Notes: a model not told the origin generated them from the letters alone. DNA of 54,198 nucleotides, filler included, from Squatina squatina (GCA_031763465.1; 3 parts of 3 records of this genome joined end to end with filler, not necessarily neighbours in it); one strand, 5' to 3'. Numbered from the whole stretch's first letter, positions 35,281-49,074 are shown. Numbers and translations are program-made.

Positions 35281-36351
35281 NNNNNNNNNNNNNNNNNNNN
35301 NNNNNNNNNNNNNNNNNNNNNNNNCATTCCTGTGGTAGTTTTGTGGCAGATAGTTTGTGAGGCATCTTGACATCCGCTAGGCCAGAAATTCCATGGTACC
35401 TTGTGATTTGCGTTATGCATATGATTAAAACCTTGTGAGGTTACATTTTTATACAAAGAATAAATAACCAGAAAGAGAGGATGAAAGGAAACACAGGAGA
35501 ATTCTCAAACTAATACTTGTCACAGTCAAAGTTAATGAATGCAAATACTGAAAGAGACAGCTTCTAATATAAAGACTGCAATTTTGCAATAACTGGCAAA
35601 TTCACGAGGGTATTTGTGACTTTTAATTTGTCCTTACCCATCTCTTGCAGAGATTTTGCGGTTGTGACATTTTTAAACGCGACTTGAGGAACGTTTTAGA
35701 AGTGGAAGTGGAGAACAGAATGTCTTTACTAAATGTTGGGATACATTCCATTGCAAATCGGTTGTACCTTTCCTTCTGCACGCTATTTCCAGTCTCTAAC
35801 TGTTCCACAACTCAGAATTATGTGAACGCAGAATACACCTGTTTTATCATCTTAAAAAATCATCCACAAGCAGTATATAAAGGGAAAAATTAAGACATTG
35901 CTGCCTTCACTTCAGAATGAGGACCCAGGATACAAGAAGAAAGCAATGTAGGAGGGGAGCAAACTCTGAGATCAGTTATATTTCCTGGGTAACATTCATG
36001 GTTAAGTGAGAAGCATGGACTTACATAGATATCATCTTAATCGGCCTATGCAAGGAGTTGTGAGGTGATATGGGGAGATCCATTGCTCAAAGAGCCAGAC
36101 ATTACCTGTCGGGGTAAAGCTACTTCATATCCTCATAACCTGACATATTACAGTATGTCAGGAATGTGCCAATCTATCCAATTCTATTGATCAGGAAATA
36201 TATTTATGTCCTGATACATCTGATCTGCGGTATTTTCCTGATATTTTATATTTTACCAATATGTTTCATAGCTTGGAATTGAGTCAGAATACTATGGATG
36301 ATGATGATCTTTAGGTTTCAAATCTTTGGTCTTTAGGTTCCAAATAATCGA

Positions 36352-36800
36352 GGGGTCCAAAATTAGCCTCCTTTAACGTCCCATTAGCGCCTCCGAGGGG
36401 CATTAATGGGACATTTAAAAAAAAAAGGCATCGGGAGGCGGCCATCTCGCCTCCCCCAAAATTCAGCTGGGGTGTAAAGGCCTTTGCGTCTGCCCAGCTG
36501 AATTTCGCAGTGGGTCGGCGCGTGATGACATCAAGACGTGCGCCGACCCGCACCGCGTAGCTGCAGTGCCCTCGGCGCTCCATTTGCGTCCCGCGGGCGA
36601 AATTCACCCACGCGAGGCGGCCACAGCGCGGGGCGGTTGCAGCAACAGTAAAACCTGTCGCTGCAACAGGCTCCTTAAAGGGGAGGGCATCTGCGCCTCC
36701 GGCCGCCATTTTTATTTATCAGCCGACTTTATAGTCGGCCGATAAATGGCAGCCCCTCAGCTGGATCGGGCCACCATCACCTCGCCTGGCATGCCGACTG
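36352..36800 (+). mobile_element. GC-rich Harbinger-type non-autonomous element fragment
   Basis: Starts ggggtccaaaatt; CpG-rich; internal hairpin tttatcagccgact-ttat-agtcggccgataaa (36715-36746). Confidence 0.5.
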
Positions 36801-36802
36801 GT

Positions 36803-36837
36803 GTTCTGACGAAGGGTCATCGACCCGAAACGTTGAC
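36803..36837 (+). ncRNA. Minimal type I hammerhead ribozyme motif (probably degenerate)
   Basis: Core boxes CUGAnGA (36806-36812) and GAAA (36827-36830), stem II GGGUC/GACCC, palindromic ACGU in place of stem III, GUU cleavage triplet, 3-bp stem I. Confidence 0.45.
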
Positions 36838-36935
36838 TCTGTTTTTCTCTCCACAGATGCTGCCTGACCTACTGAGTTCTTCCAACATTTTTTGTCTATA
36901 CTCTAGGTTCCAGCATCCGCAGGATTTCGCTTTTG
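36803..36935 (+). mobile_element. Penelope-type terminal repeat with a minimal hammerhead ribozyme motif
   Basis: gtt-CTGACGA-agggtcatcgaccc-GAAA-cgtt-gac followed by ctctccacagatgctgcctgacctactgag...ttccagcatccgcagg. Confidence 0.6.
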
Positions 36936-39469
36936 TACACTAAAAGCTGGTCAGGTATTCCTCGTCCGAACCTAGGGCTGGTTCCTTTCATTTTCAGTGG
37001 GAAAAGTTTACCAAAAAAAAATGACTGAAGCCCCTAGCACAGCATCATCCAAACCAGTGCATATGTCTATTTACTATGCTGCATTCATCTCAAACCTCTT
37101 GTGCTGCTGATTGATTGATTAAAATCCTTCAGCAGGAGGTGGGACCAAGTTTCATTTCCCAGGTGTGTTTTTTTAAGTTAGTTTTGGAAGTTTTTAAACT
37201 AATATTAAAGTGAAATGGAACCAAAGAAACAGAAGGAAATTGGGCTGAAATATATTACAAGCTAAAGTTGATTGTTTTTGAGTCGTGCACAAGTGTTTGA
37301 AACCCAGCAAATTTGAGAGATCTTGGGCAGCCACATTTTTCTGAAAAGCTCAGAGTCTCTTTATCAATTACAAGTTTGCACCTCTGCATTGCCGTATAAT
37401 GGCATTTGTACAAACAAGGCAAATTACAGTCGGTATTGGACTGCAATGTATTGTATTTAATTCTGGAAAAAATGGTTAATTGAGACACCATTCTCTATCA
37501 GTTCATCACCATTTAGCATAACCCATTAATTCAAACTGAAAGACAGTGGTAATCAGAGTGGGAATGTGCCCTTAGTAAAATAATCTCCTAATGACTGATA
37601 ACAACTCCAGTTGTAAATGTAATTCCTATCAGTCCTCTTGCTGTGGCTTAATCCCTTATTTGTTGACATTTTATGCAAATTAGTTTGGGTAAATTCTAAG
37701 GCTTATAGTTTGTNNNNNNNNNNNNNNNNNNNNNNNNNNNNNNNNNNNNNNNNNNNNNNNNNNNNNNNNNNNNNNNNNNNNNNNNNNNNNNNNNNNNNNN
37801 NNNNNNNNNNNNNTGCATAACTGTCATTCTGAGACTTTGCACTTGCATACTGGACCCAGATGGAGCCTGTAAGGATAAGCTTTTCTGAACAACTGTGTAG
37901 GGAAAAATCTAAAACTGCATACATATTACCTACAGTTGCTCCAGTCACTCGATCTGTCTTACTATCATGTTTCATCACGAGGACAGAACTATGTGACAAA
38001 AACATTTGAGACCACATCAAGCAAGGGGTGAAGCTATTAAACCATTTCGCTGATGCACTCCCATTGACTACAGTGACGGGAATATGATCCTTTTATATTA
38101 AAGTTTGAGAATTTACAGCTGTCCAATACATAAACGTTGTCCAAAGAGATCGTAGGAGCTCATAAGGCAAAAGAATACATCATAATGTTCTCAGACATTT
38201 TAACCCCTTTTGTGGCAATATCGCCTGAGCATTCCCTATTAAATATGTTGTGAGACTTCTGCAAAGGCAGCAATTCTCACGATGGTATGGTTGTTGATGT
38301 CATGACACTTGTTGGTTTAGGAGTCCCTTTATTATGCTCAGAAACACTGGCCATTATTCTTTCCAATGTCACAGATCTAGCCATCTATATCTTTCCATTT
38401 GACCAGTCAAGGGGGTCACTTCAGATCCTATCCGGATGAATTGGTGCGAGTTAGGACAGGGGAGCGGAGTTTTGGATGACCTCAAGTTTACAGAGTAGAA
38501 CGTACAAGCGTCTATCGCGATTGTAACATTGCTGCTACAATGCAAGTATTTATGTACTGCTACTTAATTCTCTTTAAACAGAGCAGTAATGAATATATTT
38601 GCCACCACACGCACCAAGGTCACTCAATTCATTACCTACACACCCACTCAGATGACATTTGGATAACATTCAATATTTTTTTTTACCTGAGCCAAGTTTT
38701 TTAAAAAAAAAAGGGCAAATCTTGCAATCTCCCAGTGCTTTAGGACTTTTGGTACTATAGCCATATTTACATTGGCACATTTATTATAAAGTAAAGTTAC
38801 TTGTTACAAATAAACCACCCAACACACTGGTCACCCAAGAGCACCGTGGAACTCAACCTGGTGCCATTCATTCTTTACAGCTCCTGGGTGATTAACAATA
38901 TACAATTACACTTCCACAAAACACCATTTTATACTGCAGCAAGTGGATCGGTTTAAAATGGCCTAAGCTGGTTAGCACCATGCACTCACTTCCAACAAGT
39001 GGCTAAACCATCTAAGTATATGTGAACGTAGACAAACAAATGCCCAGATATTGGAAATGGTCTAGAATTATAAAAATTGATCCGTTTTCATTTGTGTGGC
39101 AGGAAGTGGTTCATCCTGGCTGGTGTCTTCAAAACAGACCCGTTAAAGATAAATTTCTGCATCAGCAAATGCGGAATCAGAAATTGTCAGATGGCCCATT
39201 AAGCTTGCATCTTCCACACATGTGCAATTTACCCTATAATGGTCTCATACTATTCATTTAATCTCCTGAAAACAAATTCTGCAGAAATGCTTCAAGATCC
39301 CTACGGAATTCCTGATATTCATCCATTCCCATATTTAGCCCTGGCCTCTGCAATTCCAGGCAATATTCCCACTCTCCTCCCCAGCCCTAACTATTGCATC
39401 TCAGACTCCTTGATCGATTGGAACTAGTTTAAAACCTAAATGTGAAAACTCAACATGACTAAAGCCGGT

Positions 39470-40095
39470 GCAAATTGTAAGCTTAGTGGCTCAGGAAAAA
39501 ATGACAGACTGAAGGTCACAATTTACAATACAACCAAGTAAGCGAGGACACATGGCTCTCCTATGAGACAAGAGGTGAAGATTTCATTTTTTAGTATTCT
39601 AAAGGGACCAGACAAATGTCGACCATGACAGGCTGTTTCACTTTGTCTAGAACAGTAGAACCAGAGGACACAGCCTGCACTTGAAAGGGAGTAAATTCAA
39701 ATCTAATCCGCGGAAATATTACTTTAAGCGAGTGGTCAATCTATGGAACAGGCTCCTGAGACGGCGGAAGCAGATAATGTTGATTCATTCGAATGAAATA
39801 GATTCCTTTCAATAAATAATATTTTGTGATACTGTGCAAGAGTAATTTGAGACATGACATATGATAAACGTAGAATACTTGGGAGGAATAGATAATTTTG
39901 GACCAAGGTTTCCAAAGTTTTTCACCACTGGGGGTTTCCTCGCCTCATATCTGGGTCGTTGTAGACTAATTGATAAAAATTGAGTGCCACAATTAATCAC
40001 AACTCCATTATCATTGTATCAAGGGACTACCAGGATTGTAGAAGGCAAACTAGATGGGCCTTGGTCTTTTATCTTGTAGCAATTCTTATGCTCCT
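39470..40095 (+). mobile_element. CR1 LINE 3' end, decayed
   Basis: RTRGHSLHLKGSKFKSNPRKYYF/RVVNLWNRL is the CR1 ORF2 C-terminus; ends ...ctagatgggccttggtctt...ttcttatgctcct. Confidence 0.75.
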
Positions 40096-40223
40096 AGGAG
40101 GCATGTGGGAGCTGCTCAAGTTGACTCGCTGACTTGATATTTTTATCTTGAACTGCTGAAGTCCTGGTCATGATTGATATGCCACCATGAGAAGACTAGT
40201 GGTCACAGATCAATGTTCTAATG

Positions 40224-40307
40224 CAGTAGGCGCAGGCAGGTAGTGCAGGAGTCCCCTGTGGCCATCCCCCTCTCAAACAGATATACCACTTTGGATATTG
40301 TTGGGGG
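40224..40307 (+). mobile_element. CR1 LINE ORF1 fragment
   Basis: RQVVQESPVAIPLSNRYTTLDIVG (PL.NRY..L motif preceding the ORF1 esterase domain). Confidence 0.7.
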
Positions 40308-40809
40308 NNNNNNNNNNNNNNNNNNNNNNNNNNNNNNNNNNNNNNNNNNNNNNNNNNNNNNNNNNNNNNNNNNNNNNNNNNNNNNNNNNNNNNNNNNNNN
40401 NNNNNNNTGTTCACCCAACACGAACTGGTACCAAAGGGAAAAACTGGACACTTCTGACAAACAGCTTCTAAGAAACCAGCAGAACGGGAACTTGAATGGA
40501 CATCAATATTATATTAAAAATCTTGTGTTGGCATGCACACTATCATAACCTCTAATACAATTATTACTAATTGGCATGCCAATACTAAATGCCAACACTT
40601 ACTTGTCACATTTACCTGTAACTATTTCCTATCATACCACCAGGTGATGTTTTAATGGGAATCCCAGTGTTATTGACAAATGGTCTGTAATGTTTGTCTG
40701 TCACAACACTAGGTGGTGCTGTATTATCTTTTCCCCACAAATCATTCAAAATGCTTCCTGGGAAGAAAAAAATTATTCATCATTTTTGCTAAGTAACAGA
40801 AATTTTTAG

Positions 40810-41080
40810 GAGGCCCAATTGGTCTGCTTTAGACAAGTGGTAGCGCCGAACAGTGTGCGCTACCCGGGCTTTAAAGCAGCGCAAAGCTAAATTTAATTAG
40901 TTTCATCAATTGGGCATGGCGCCCCAGCAGCGCTAAGGCTTCCTCACCTAGGACGCCATTGACGCCAGGCTAAGGTGCACGACGTCACCGGGTCACGCAA
41001 CAACCCCACAATGCCGGCCCGCGACCCCCTTTTGCGTCACCAGCTAGCCGCGGCAGGAATTAGAGCGCAGCTCACCGGCG
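40810..41080 (+). mobile_element. GC-rich Harbinger-type MITE fragment
   Basis: CpG-rich block with agcgc/gcgct subterminal motifs, running into a gap. Confidence 0.35.
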
Positions 41081-42161
41081 NNNNNNNNNNNNNNNNNNNN
41101 NNNNNNNNNNNNNNNNNNNNNNNNNNNNNNNNNNNNNNNNNNNNNNNNNNNNNNNNNNNNNNNNNNNNNNNNNNNNNNNNAAAACTCTAATGTGGATGGT
41201 AGATTAGTATGTGAATATCAGGTTACCCAATTGTCAGTTACTGCAGCTCAATGTTATTCTTTGGCTTTCTGATCCATTTACATGGTGCACTGGTGAACAT
41301 TTCTGCAGCTATAATGAAAACCTTGTGTCCAATCCCATTAAATAACCGTTAAGGTCAGCACGTATTAAATGACAAGGTGATTTACACAGTGTAATGAATG
41401 TTTAAATGGTTCTATTTGCTTTTTCACCACATACTTTAGTTTGAGTCAAATTTTTATGTCTCTTCTTTCATCACAAATTCACTGCTCTTTCCACAGCAAT
41501 CACCTCATTGCCAGCACCTTGCCATATAGTGGAAATTGTGGTAAACCACTTCCCAATACCCTTGCAATTCAGCACCTTCTGTAATATTGAAAGCAAGTTG
41601 AATGATTTGGACTCCACACAAATCTGCTCAGCAGATTTACTGTAGCAGCTGAGACAACGTAATAGAAACTACATTATTGAAGTCTTTAATCATCGGTAGA
41701 AATATTAAAAGATGCCACCTATTACTGCATTTGCTTTTTTGATCACATTAAGTTTGTAGTGTAAGCCATTGATTTTATCAATCACAACTACCACCTTCAG
41801 CAGCAGTAAAAGACATTAATGGATTATTTGCGAAATGCTTTATTCATAAGGATTATTTCTGTGTAATTTTTTCTGATCTTTATACATGACTCCCCAGTGT
41901 TATTAAACATCAATGCCCTATATTATAGGCAGACAACCTTCTTATTAGTCAGAATTTGTTGCTTCAGATGAGTTAGGATTCCAGTAAAGTGGTCTTTTTT
42001 GTCTATTTTCCCCGGCAGTCTAGAGTAGGGGTTTCTGGGACTGTCGCTAATGAAGTTTTTACACAGGTCAGTCAACGCATTACCCTCTGCTTTAATGCCA
42101 CTCCCAATCTTCATAGTTACATTTGTTATTATACATCAAATTATAAAATTTAGTTATAATA

Positions 42162-42719
42162 GGGCCAAAATTCCTCTGTTCTGTGCCTCCTGTTATCACC
42201 TCCGAGGGGCGCTAACGGGGCGTGAAACTGTTTTCGCCCCGGTGGGGGGAGAGGGGGGGCACTACCAGCTCCTGTGAAATTGTGCAGGAGTTAGCGAAGG
42301 TACAAAAACGGTAGCGCCACGCCTCCACTGGTAGCGCCCTGGGCTGCTGCGCCTCCGGCGATGACATCATTGCCGTGCGCGGTGACCCATTTTCACTCCA
42401 CGGCAACCCCTTTTCACCCCATGGTGGAAATTGGCCAGCGACCTGTGAGGCTGCCATGGCCGATACCCGCGCCAGCCTCGTGGGTCGTGACCCAAGTTAG
42501 TCACCCATCGCGGGACCTTACAGGGGTGTGCCTGTCGCCATCTTTGTTTTTTTCCCCCCTTACCAGTCGGGTGCTTGCCACTCCTTTTGCGGGCCACGAT
42601 CGTGCAGCCCAGCACTCCATCTAAGTGCCAAGCTGTGGCCACAGCACCCCTTAGCCTTGGTGGCCCAGTGGAGGTCTCCAAAGGGCCTGCAGAATTCGCA
42701 GTGTCCCTCCCCTTTACCG
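42162..42719 (+). mobile_element. GC-rich Harbinger-type non-autonomous element, left part
   Basis: Starts ata|gggccaaaattcc; shares cctccgaggggc and gatgacatca motifs with 36352-36800. Confidence 0.55.
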
Positions 42720-44509
42720 NNNNNNNNNNNNNNNNNNNNNNNNNNNNNNNNNNNNNNNNNNNNNNNNNNNNNNNNNNNNNNNNNNNNNNNNNNNNNNNNN
42801 NNNNNNNNNNNNNNNNNNNTTGCTGCCTGCAGAATCTGTGCTGGAAATGGTTGAGCAACAACTTATGCCTGAGGAAAGTGATCATCTGTCAGGTGGGAGC
42901 TTTTACTGTTCATTTCATGCTGTCAACTGATCAGCTGGAGCAATGGCCACTGAACTCCCACCTCAGGCTGACAGACATGGTTCCCATGCTGAGTGAATCC
43001 CGTGGCCATACAGGGAAATTTAAAAAGTAAGTGAAAAAAGGATCTTAAATGCCTGTAAGCTACCTGATAATGATTTCAATTGGGTTGCCTGCCGCTGCCG
43101 GTCGGGTCAGCTCCACGATGACAGACGTGCCTGGGGGAAAGGCGCGTGGGAGAGAGATAACAGCAGATTCCCAACTTGCTTTCAAAAATAACAACTTTCT
43201 AACCCGACCAGCCACCAATTGCATTCGCTAACACACCAGAAGCTTCCGGCCGAAGAGTGGAATTTCAGCTGGAATCTACATAGAATTACTTTTTTTAATC
43301 AAAATATTTTTTTTTAAGTTTTGAGCTTCCTTCCAATAGTACAATTGAGTTTCTACTGGAGACGAGAGGAACACCTGTTGTGTCAATTTCTATGCAAGAA
43401 CAGATTTTGTCGTAGATTTGCTTAGATTCATGCACACATATAGAAGAATGGCATTATCTCATAGCAAACCATGTCACATTCATCGTAATTGTATAGACTA
43501 CCTTTGCCAAGTAAAAATATTCTCCTGATTATTTTTTGCTTTAGATTGAGCGCTCAAAATACAGGCAATCCACTGTTAAACATTACCCAATCAGAGCAGC
43601 ATATTTTGGAAGTGTGTGTAAAATATGAGTTTGGTCAGTATTTCTTGTTTTCCCTCAGAGTGAATGGCTGAGCAAATGATGAAATGTGTTGTGGTACAAA
43701 GGTTTGCAAATTGGCCAATTTTATCTGGAGTTTACAGAGATCTCAATCCAAGCGTGTAATGTCTTNNNNNNNNNNNNNNNNNNNNNNNNNNNNNNNNNNN
43801 NNNNNNNNNNNNNNNNNNNNNNNNNNNNNNNNNNNNNNNNNNNNNNNNNNNNNNNNNNNNNNNNNGTTTTACTAGGTTAAAGGCATTATATAAATACAAG
43901 TTGTTGTTGTTGAATTTAATCTAATTCACCGTGCAAACCGAGCTTGGTGTCAATCTTTTTCTAACTGCTCTCTTTCTGTCTGAGAGCTACTGGACCTTAC
44001 CATCTAAATTATCATATATAGGTTAGTGCCGGTTGTAATATTTAAGTCATACTTTATCAGTTATGATGTGACCTTTTGTAGTGTATACTCAATTCCGGAA
44101 CACCATGCCAAGGCTACTATTGCAGTTTTTTTTTCTTTGCCAGGTCTTGGGAGTACCCTGGCTATTGACCAATATTTTCTTTGGCAAGACATCCTGGATT
44201 CCTAGTCTGGCAAGAGATTGCTGTTCTGAAGCTTTTGGCAAACAACATAGGTCCTGTCAGACAGCTGGTTTTGATTTAGAGCCTGTGTTGGAGTCTACAC
44301 TATGTTTTTTCAACCATGTTTGCAGACCATTCACAATGGCAACTTCACATCAGAGCTGACTTGCCAATGTAAACTATCACTCATTGCGCAATGTGACCAC
44401 TGGATTCCACAAATCCTGCCATAGCACCCACGACCACCATCTCAAGAGATATAAGTCACCAAAAGGAGAGAAAGCTGAAGACAGAAGCAAAGTGGGGCGA
44501 TAGAGAGAA

Positions 44510-44807
44510 ACAGCATTTATATAGTGCTTTTCACAACAACGAATAAAGTCGTTTTTGAAGTGTAGTCGCTGTTGTAATGTAAGAAACCAATTTGCACACA
44601 GCAAGCTCCCACAAGTAGCAATGTGATAATGACCAGATAATTTTTTTTTAGTGATGTTGATTGAGGAGCAAATATTGGCGAGGACACCAGGGATAACTCG
44701 CCTACTCTTCCTTGAAATAGTGTCATAGAATCTTTTACGTTCACCTGAGAGGGCAGACAGGGCCTCAGCTTAACATCTCATTCGAAAGATGGCACCTCTG
44801 ATAGTGC
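44510..44807 (-). mobile_element. SacSINE1-like DeuSINE (Deu domain + tail)
   Basis: atttatatagtgcttttcac...gcacacagcaagctcccac...aggacaccaggg...cacctgagagggcagac...catctcattcgaaagatggcacctctgatagtgc. Confidence 0.8.
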
Positions 44808-45423
44808 NNNNNNNNNNNNNNNNNNNNNNNNNNNNNNNNNNNNNNNNNNNNNNNNNNNNNNNNNNNNNNNNNNNNNNNNNNNNNNNNNNNNNNNNNNNNN
44901 NNNNNNNTTTACTGTTTGTTTCTCTACAGTAATGAAAGAAATTATCTACTTCCAGGACCACCATAGCTGCTTAAAATGCTTTTTTAAATTCTCCTTGTAC
45001 TGACGTGAAGAAAGAAAGAAAGTGTAAAATAAAAGTGCATTGTCCTTTTAGCACAGGCGTACTATTAGTTTAATTTGCCCGTTGCCGTAACTTGTCTAAA
45101 ATAAAAGTACCCTTTATGCACATTCCACAGTCATCTTGAAGTGGTTATGACTCAATGACTAAAATAACAAAATAGGCATTGTATCTACAAGAATGCCAAA
45201 TGGTTGCGTCTCCCAATGATTTATTATAATTACTATGATTAGAATGTTTTACCATTAATACGATGTAAAAAGAGAACCAATCTATGATTCGCAAAGATTT
45301 TTTGAACCACAATTATTGGTAAGTAATTGTGATATTTTTATTAAAAGCTGTTTAAAACCTGCCAATCCACGTTCATCAACAACAACAACTTGCAATTATA
45401 TAGTGCCTTAACATAGTGTCATC

Positions 45424-45472
45424 TGTGGCTGAGTTGGTAACCCTGTCACCTGAGCCAGAAGGTTGTGGGTTT
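45424..45472 (+). mobile_element. tRNA-derived SINE head (A box, start of B box)
   Basis: tgtggctgagttggtaac...cctgagccagaaggttgtgggtt. Confidence 0.6.
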
Positions 45473-48339
45473 NNNNNNNNNNNNNNNNNNNNNNNNNNNN
45501 NNNNNNNNNNNNNNNNNNNNNNNNNNNNNNNNNNNNNNNNNNNNNNNNNNNNNNNNNNNNNNNNNNNNNNNNTTTAAAACCAAGCTTGAAGTCACTTCAT
45601 CATGAAATCCTCATTTACTTTGTCTTTTTTTTTGGCCCTTTTCAATCTTGGTGATGCCTTGCACTATGGGCTCTAGCACTTTACTTTCCATTCCCAATTT
45701 TAAAATATCTGGACAAAGTGACCTCCCACTACATAACATTATGGATGTTGGTATAAAATTTCAACCAGTAGTCAGATTCAAACAACATCTTTCATTCATA
45801 ACTAAATTACACATCTGCTATTCAAGAGCAACTTCATTTTCTTAAAGTTACAGCTTGGGTTTTATTTTAAAATGACTGTATAAATCTTGCAAGCTAAATA
45901 ATCAAATATAAGACACAATAAATCAATCGTTCACCAAATTTGTAATTGTGACGCTCCTTGTGGATTAGCAGGGAAATTATTCTAATGTGGGAAATATTTG
46001 CCCTAGTTATTCAAAATGTGGAACATATGGCATTCATTTAGCATTACAAAACTCCTCAGGGCTTCAGCTTTCTGCATTCTTGTGCTTTTGGATAGTACAT
46101 AAACCATCAGTTCACTATTTAGCTTTCAATTCACTGGAACGTTGTGTACATGCTCTGTGGCACCATTATACCAACAAANNNNNNNNNNNNNNNNNNNNNN
46201 NNNNNNNNNNNNNNNNNNNNNNNNNNNNNNNNNNNNNNNNNNNNNNNNNNNNNNNNNNNNNNNNNNNNNNNNNNNNNNTTGGGCGTTGCGCCCAATGATA
46301 ACATCATTGAGTCCCTCTAATGCTGAACTCTGCCTTTTCAGCCTTAAAGCTTTAACGCCCATTAAGCGCCCGTGTTAAGGGGGGAACAAATTTCCCATCG
46401 CTAAATTTAATGCCCAAAATGAGCGTTAAGACCTTAATGCCGATTTAGCGCTAGATTAGCGCTGAAAAAATGACGAATGGGGCGCCCTTGGTCCTTTACA
46501 CACACACATATATNNNNNNNNNNGGTACCAGGGTAAATTCTGTGATGCAGCAATCACAATGGGAAGTTACACTTGCAGGGGGCATGGGTCATAGATTGGA
46601 TACAACATTTTAGCCGTGATTCTCTGGCTTGCCCCCACCGATAATGTGCAATCCACCCATATAATTCCTGCAAATCATGCTAAACTTCAAGCAGCCATAA
46701 AGATCAGATTCTTAGCTCACCTGCCCTTGTTATATTTTCCTCCTGGTCACACTCTTATGTGACATAACGTACAAAAGCAAAATAAGGAAAAACTCACAAC
46801 TTGGTGTTGTATTGGTTTCATTGGTTCATGAAGTAATCATTAATAGGAGCAGCTTGTAAACCTCAGGGAGCTTCTGGCCATGAATAGCTGTTAAGTTGTG
46901 GTATTGAGGGCTTGTGAATGTCCATGGTCCCATACCTTAATATGAATCATAATGTAAGAAGCAGAGGAGAAAATTTGGAGAGAAAACACTAAAATAAGTG
47001 TACCTGTAAATTTATTTTACAGCACTTGGGAAACTATTTATAAAGTAACCACTAACGTAACTTTAAAGAACTGTAAACTATAAAACCTTAAACTCAAAAA
47101 AGCATGTCTGATCTGTAAAAATATTTGCTTATAGCATTACACAGCACTCATGTATATCCATCTGTCAAGAACAAGTCATTCTTTAATGCTCGCTGCACAG
47201 AATAACAAGGTATCACTGCAAACATTCTCCTTTGCTAATTACATTTAATTTAGGGTTTTCTCTCCAAATTCTCCCCCTTAGCCCTCCATTTCAGCACATG
47301 ATGACTCATGCTGAAGTATGGGTCCATGCACATTGGCAGCTCTCCGCTAAATCCAAGCAGCCTTTCTTGGCCAAAGCCTCCCTGATGCATAACAACTGCC
47401 CCTTTTAATGACTAATTCATGAACCAATGTAAGGCCAAGCAAATGCAATAAAAAGTGTTAAATGCAGCACATTGTTTGATTACAGTTTTGNNNNNNNNNN
47501 NNNNNNNNNNNNNNNNNNNNNNNNNNNNNNNNNNNNNNNNNNNNNNNNNNNNNNNNNNNNNNNNNNNNNNNNNNNNNNNNNNNNNNNNNNGGGAATCATT
47601 GAGAAATATTAAAAGTTAATAATTAAGAGGTTCTTGCTTTTGCAAGAATTGGGTCTGAACTTTATGACACGCGGCATAGACTTGGGTTCTCCTTGGTTAA
47701 AGTTACAGGTGATAAGTAACCCCCTTATCACGTTACAAATTTATGCACCAAATTTGAACCTTCCAAATTTTCCAGTTAGAAACTGGTCGGGATAGTTAAT
47801 ACAGTCCACAAAAATTTACCTCATGGTCACATTATAAAAGGCAACTGCAATCCATTTTGATTGCAATGCACCATTTTCTGCACTGCAATCTTATTCAGAA
47901 AATATGTTTTAACTTTTACATTCTAATACAAGAATCTTTTTCTTGTCGTTTTGTAACTTAATCTTTGATTTTGGATATAAATTAGACAGGCAAAATAATC
48001 TGAAAGTCATTATGTAGGATGATTGCAAAATAATTAGAAAGATTTCCTTCCAACCATTTCAAAGAATCTTTTTCAATTTCTTGCCAGTGGAGGTCAATAG
48101 GTGAAATGACTTTCCCTTTCATCTTTTAGCACAGTATTGGAGTTTAATATCCAGCACAGCTGGATAAACGGAGAAGGTTGGGCGGGTGAAGTGATGAGTT
48201 ATTTTTGCTTGAGGGTAGAAAACAGAATGAATCTAATAGCACCTGCACAGGAAAATGGTGTAAACTGTATTAAATATAATCCTGGTAACATTTCATGAAA
48301 GCAAGAAAGAGTGCCAATGTGTGGTTAGCCAAAAGAACA

Positions 48340-48404
48340 GGACTTTCTTTTCATGGGTTTTCTTAATTTTTCTGTTTTTATGAAAACCCGTGAAATTAAA
48401 GCCC
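48340..48404. mobile_element. Tiny TIR-only Harbinger-type element / hairpin
   Basis: ggactttcttttcatgggttttc vs reverse complement of right end gggctttaatttcacgggttttc. Confidence 0.5.
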
Positions 48405-49074
48405 CCAGAAATATTTGTCTGAGGACATTCAGTGCTATGAAATAGTAAAAACAACTAAATCAAAATTCTACCAAAATGGTGACAATTAAAAATCCTACTA
48501 ATGTGAAACTTAATACAATACTGAGCATTGTGTGCAGAACAACTGAAATGAATCATTATTGAAGCATAGTTGTTGAATAACCAATATTATCAGCATGTGC
48601 TTTGTGGTGCCAGAAGAAATTAATCAAAAATCATGATTTACAAAATCCANNNNNNNNNNGTACTGCCTTTGGTTTTCCATTGTGCATGCGATTGAGAAAT
48701 TGGATTATTCAGAAAGGCAGGAATGTAATTCATTATATTCCAGTAAAATTCCCATTTGGTCACAATGTAAAATAGGCAGCATATCATGGAAAATACTTTA
48801 TTTAGTGGTTCTCTTACAAATATAAATATTAGAAGAATACTTGTTACAGTACAAATTATGAATGAGCAGTCATCATACACCAATTGTAATGTTAACATTC
48901 TTATAGTCCTTCACAGAGAAATACAGGATGCCGNNNNNNNNNNNNNNNNNNNNNNNNNNNNNNNNNNNNNNNNNNNNNNNNNNNNNNNNNNNNNNNNNNN
49001 NNNNNNNNNNNNNNNNNNNNNNNNNNNNNNNNNTGTGACCCCTGTTCCAAATCTCCGCCTCTCCATATCAGATT

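Noticed and set aside
35620-35810. Possible exon (plus-strand acceptor ctcttgcag or minus-strand donor gtaagg)
   Set aside because: Neither translation is recognisable and the strand is ambiguous
45424-45472. tRNA gene
   Set aside because: A/B-box-like sequence belongs to a SINE head; no cloverleaf and truncated by a gap
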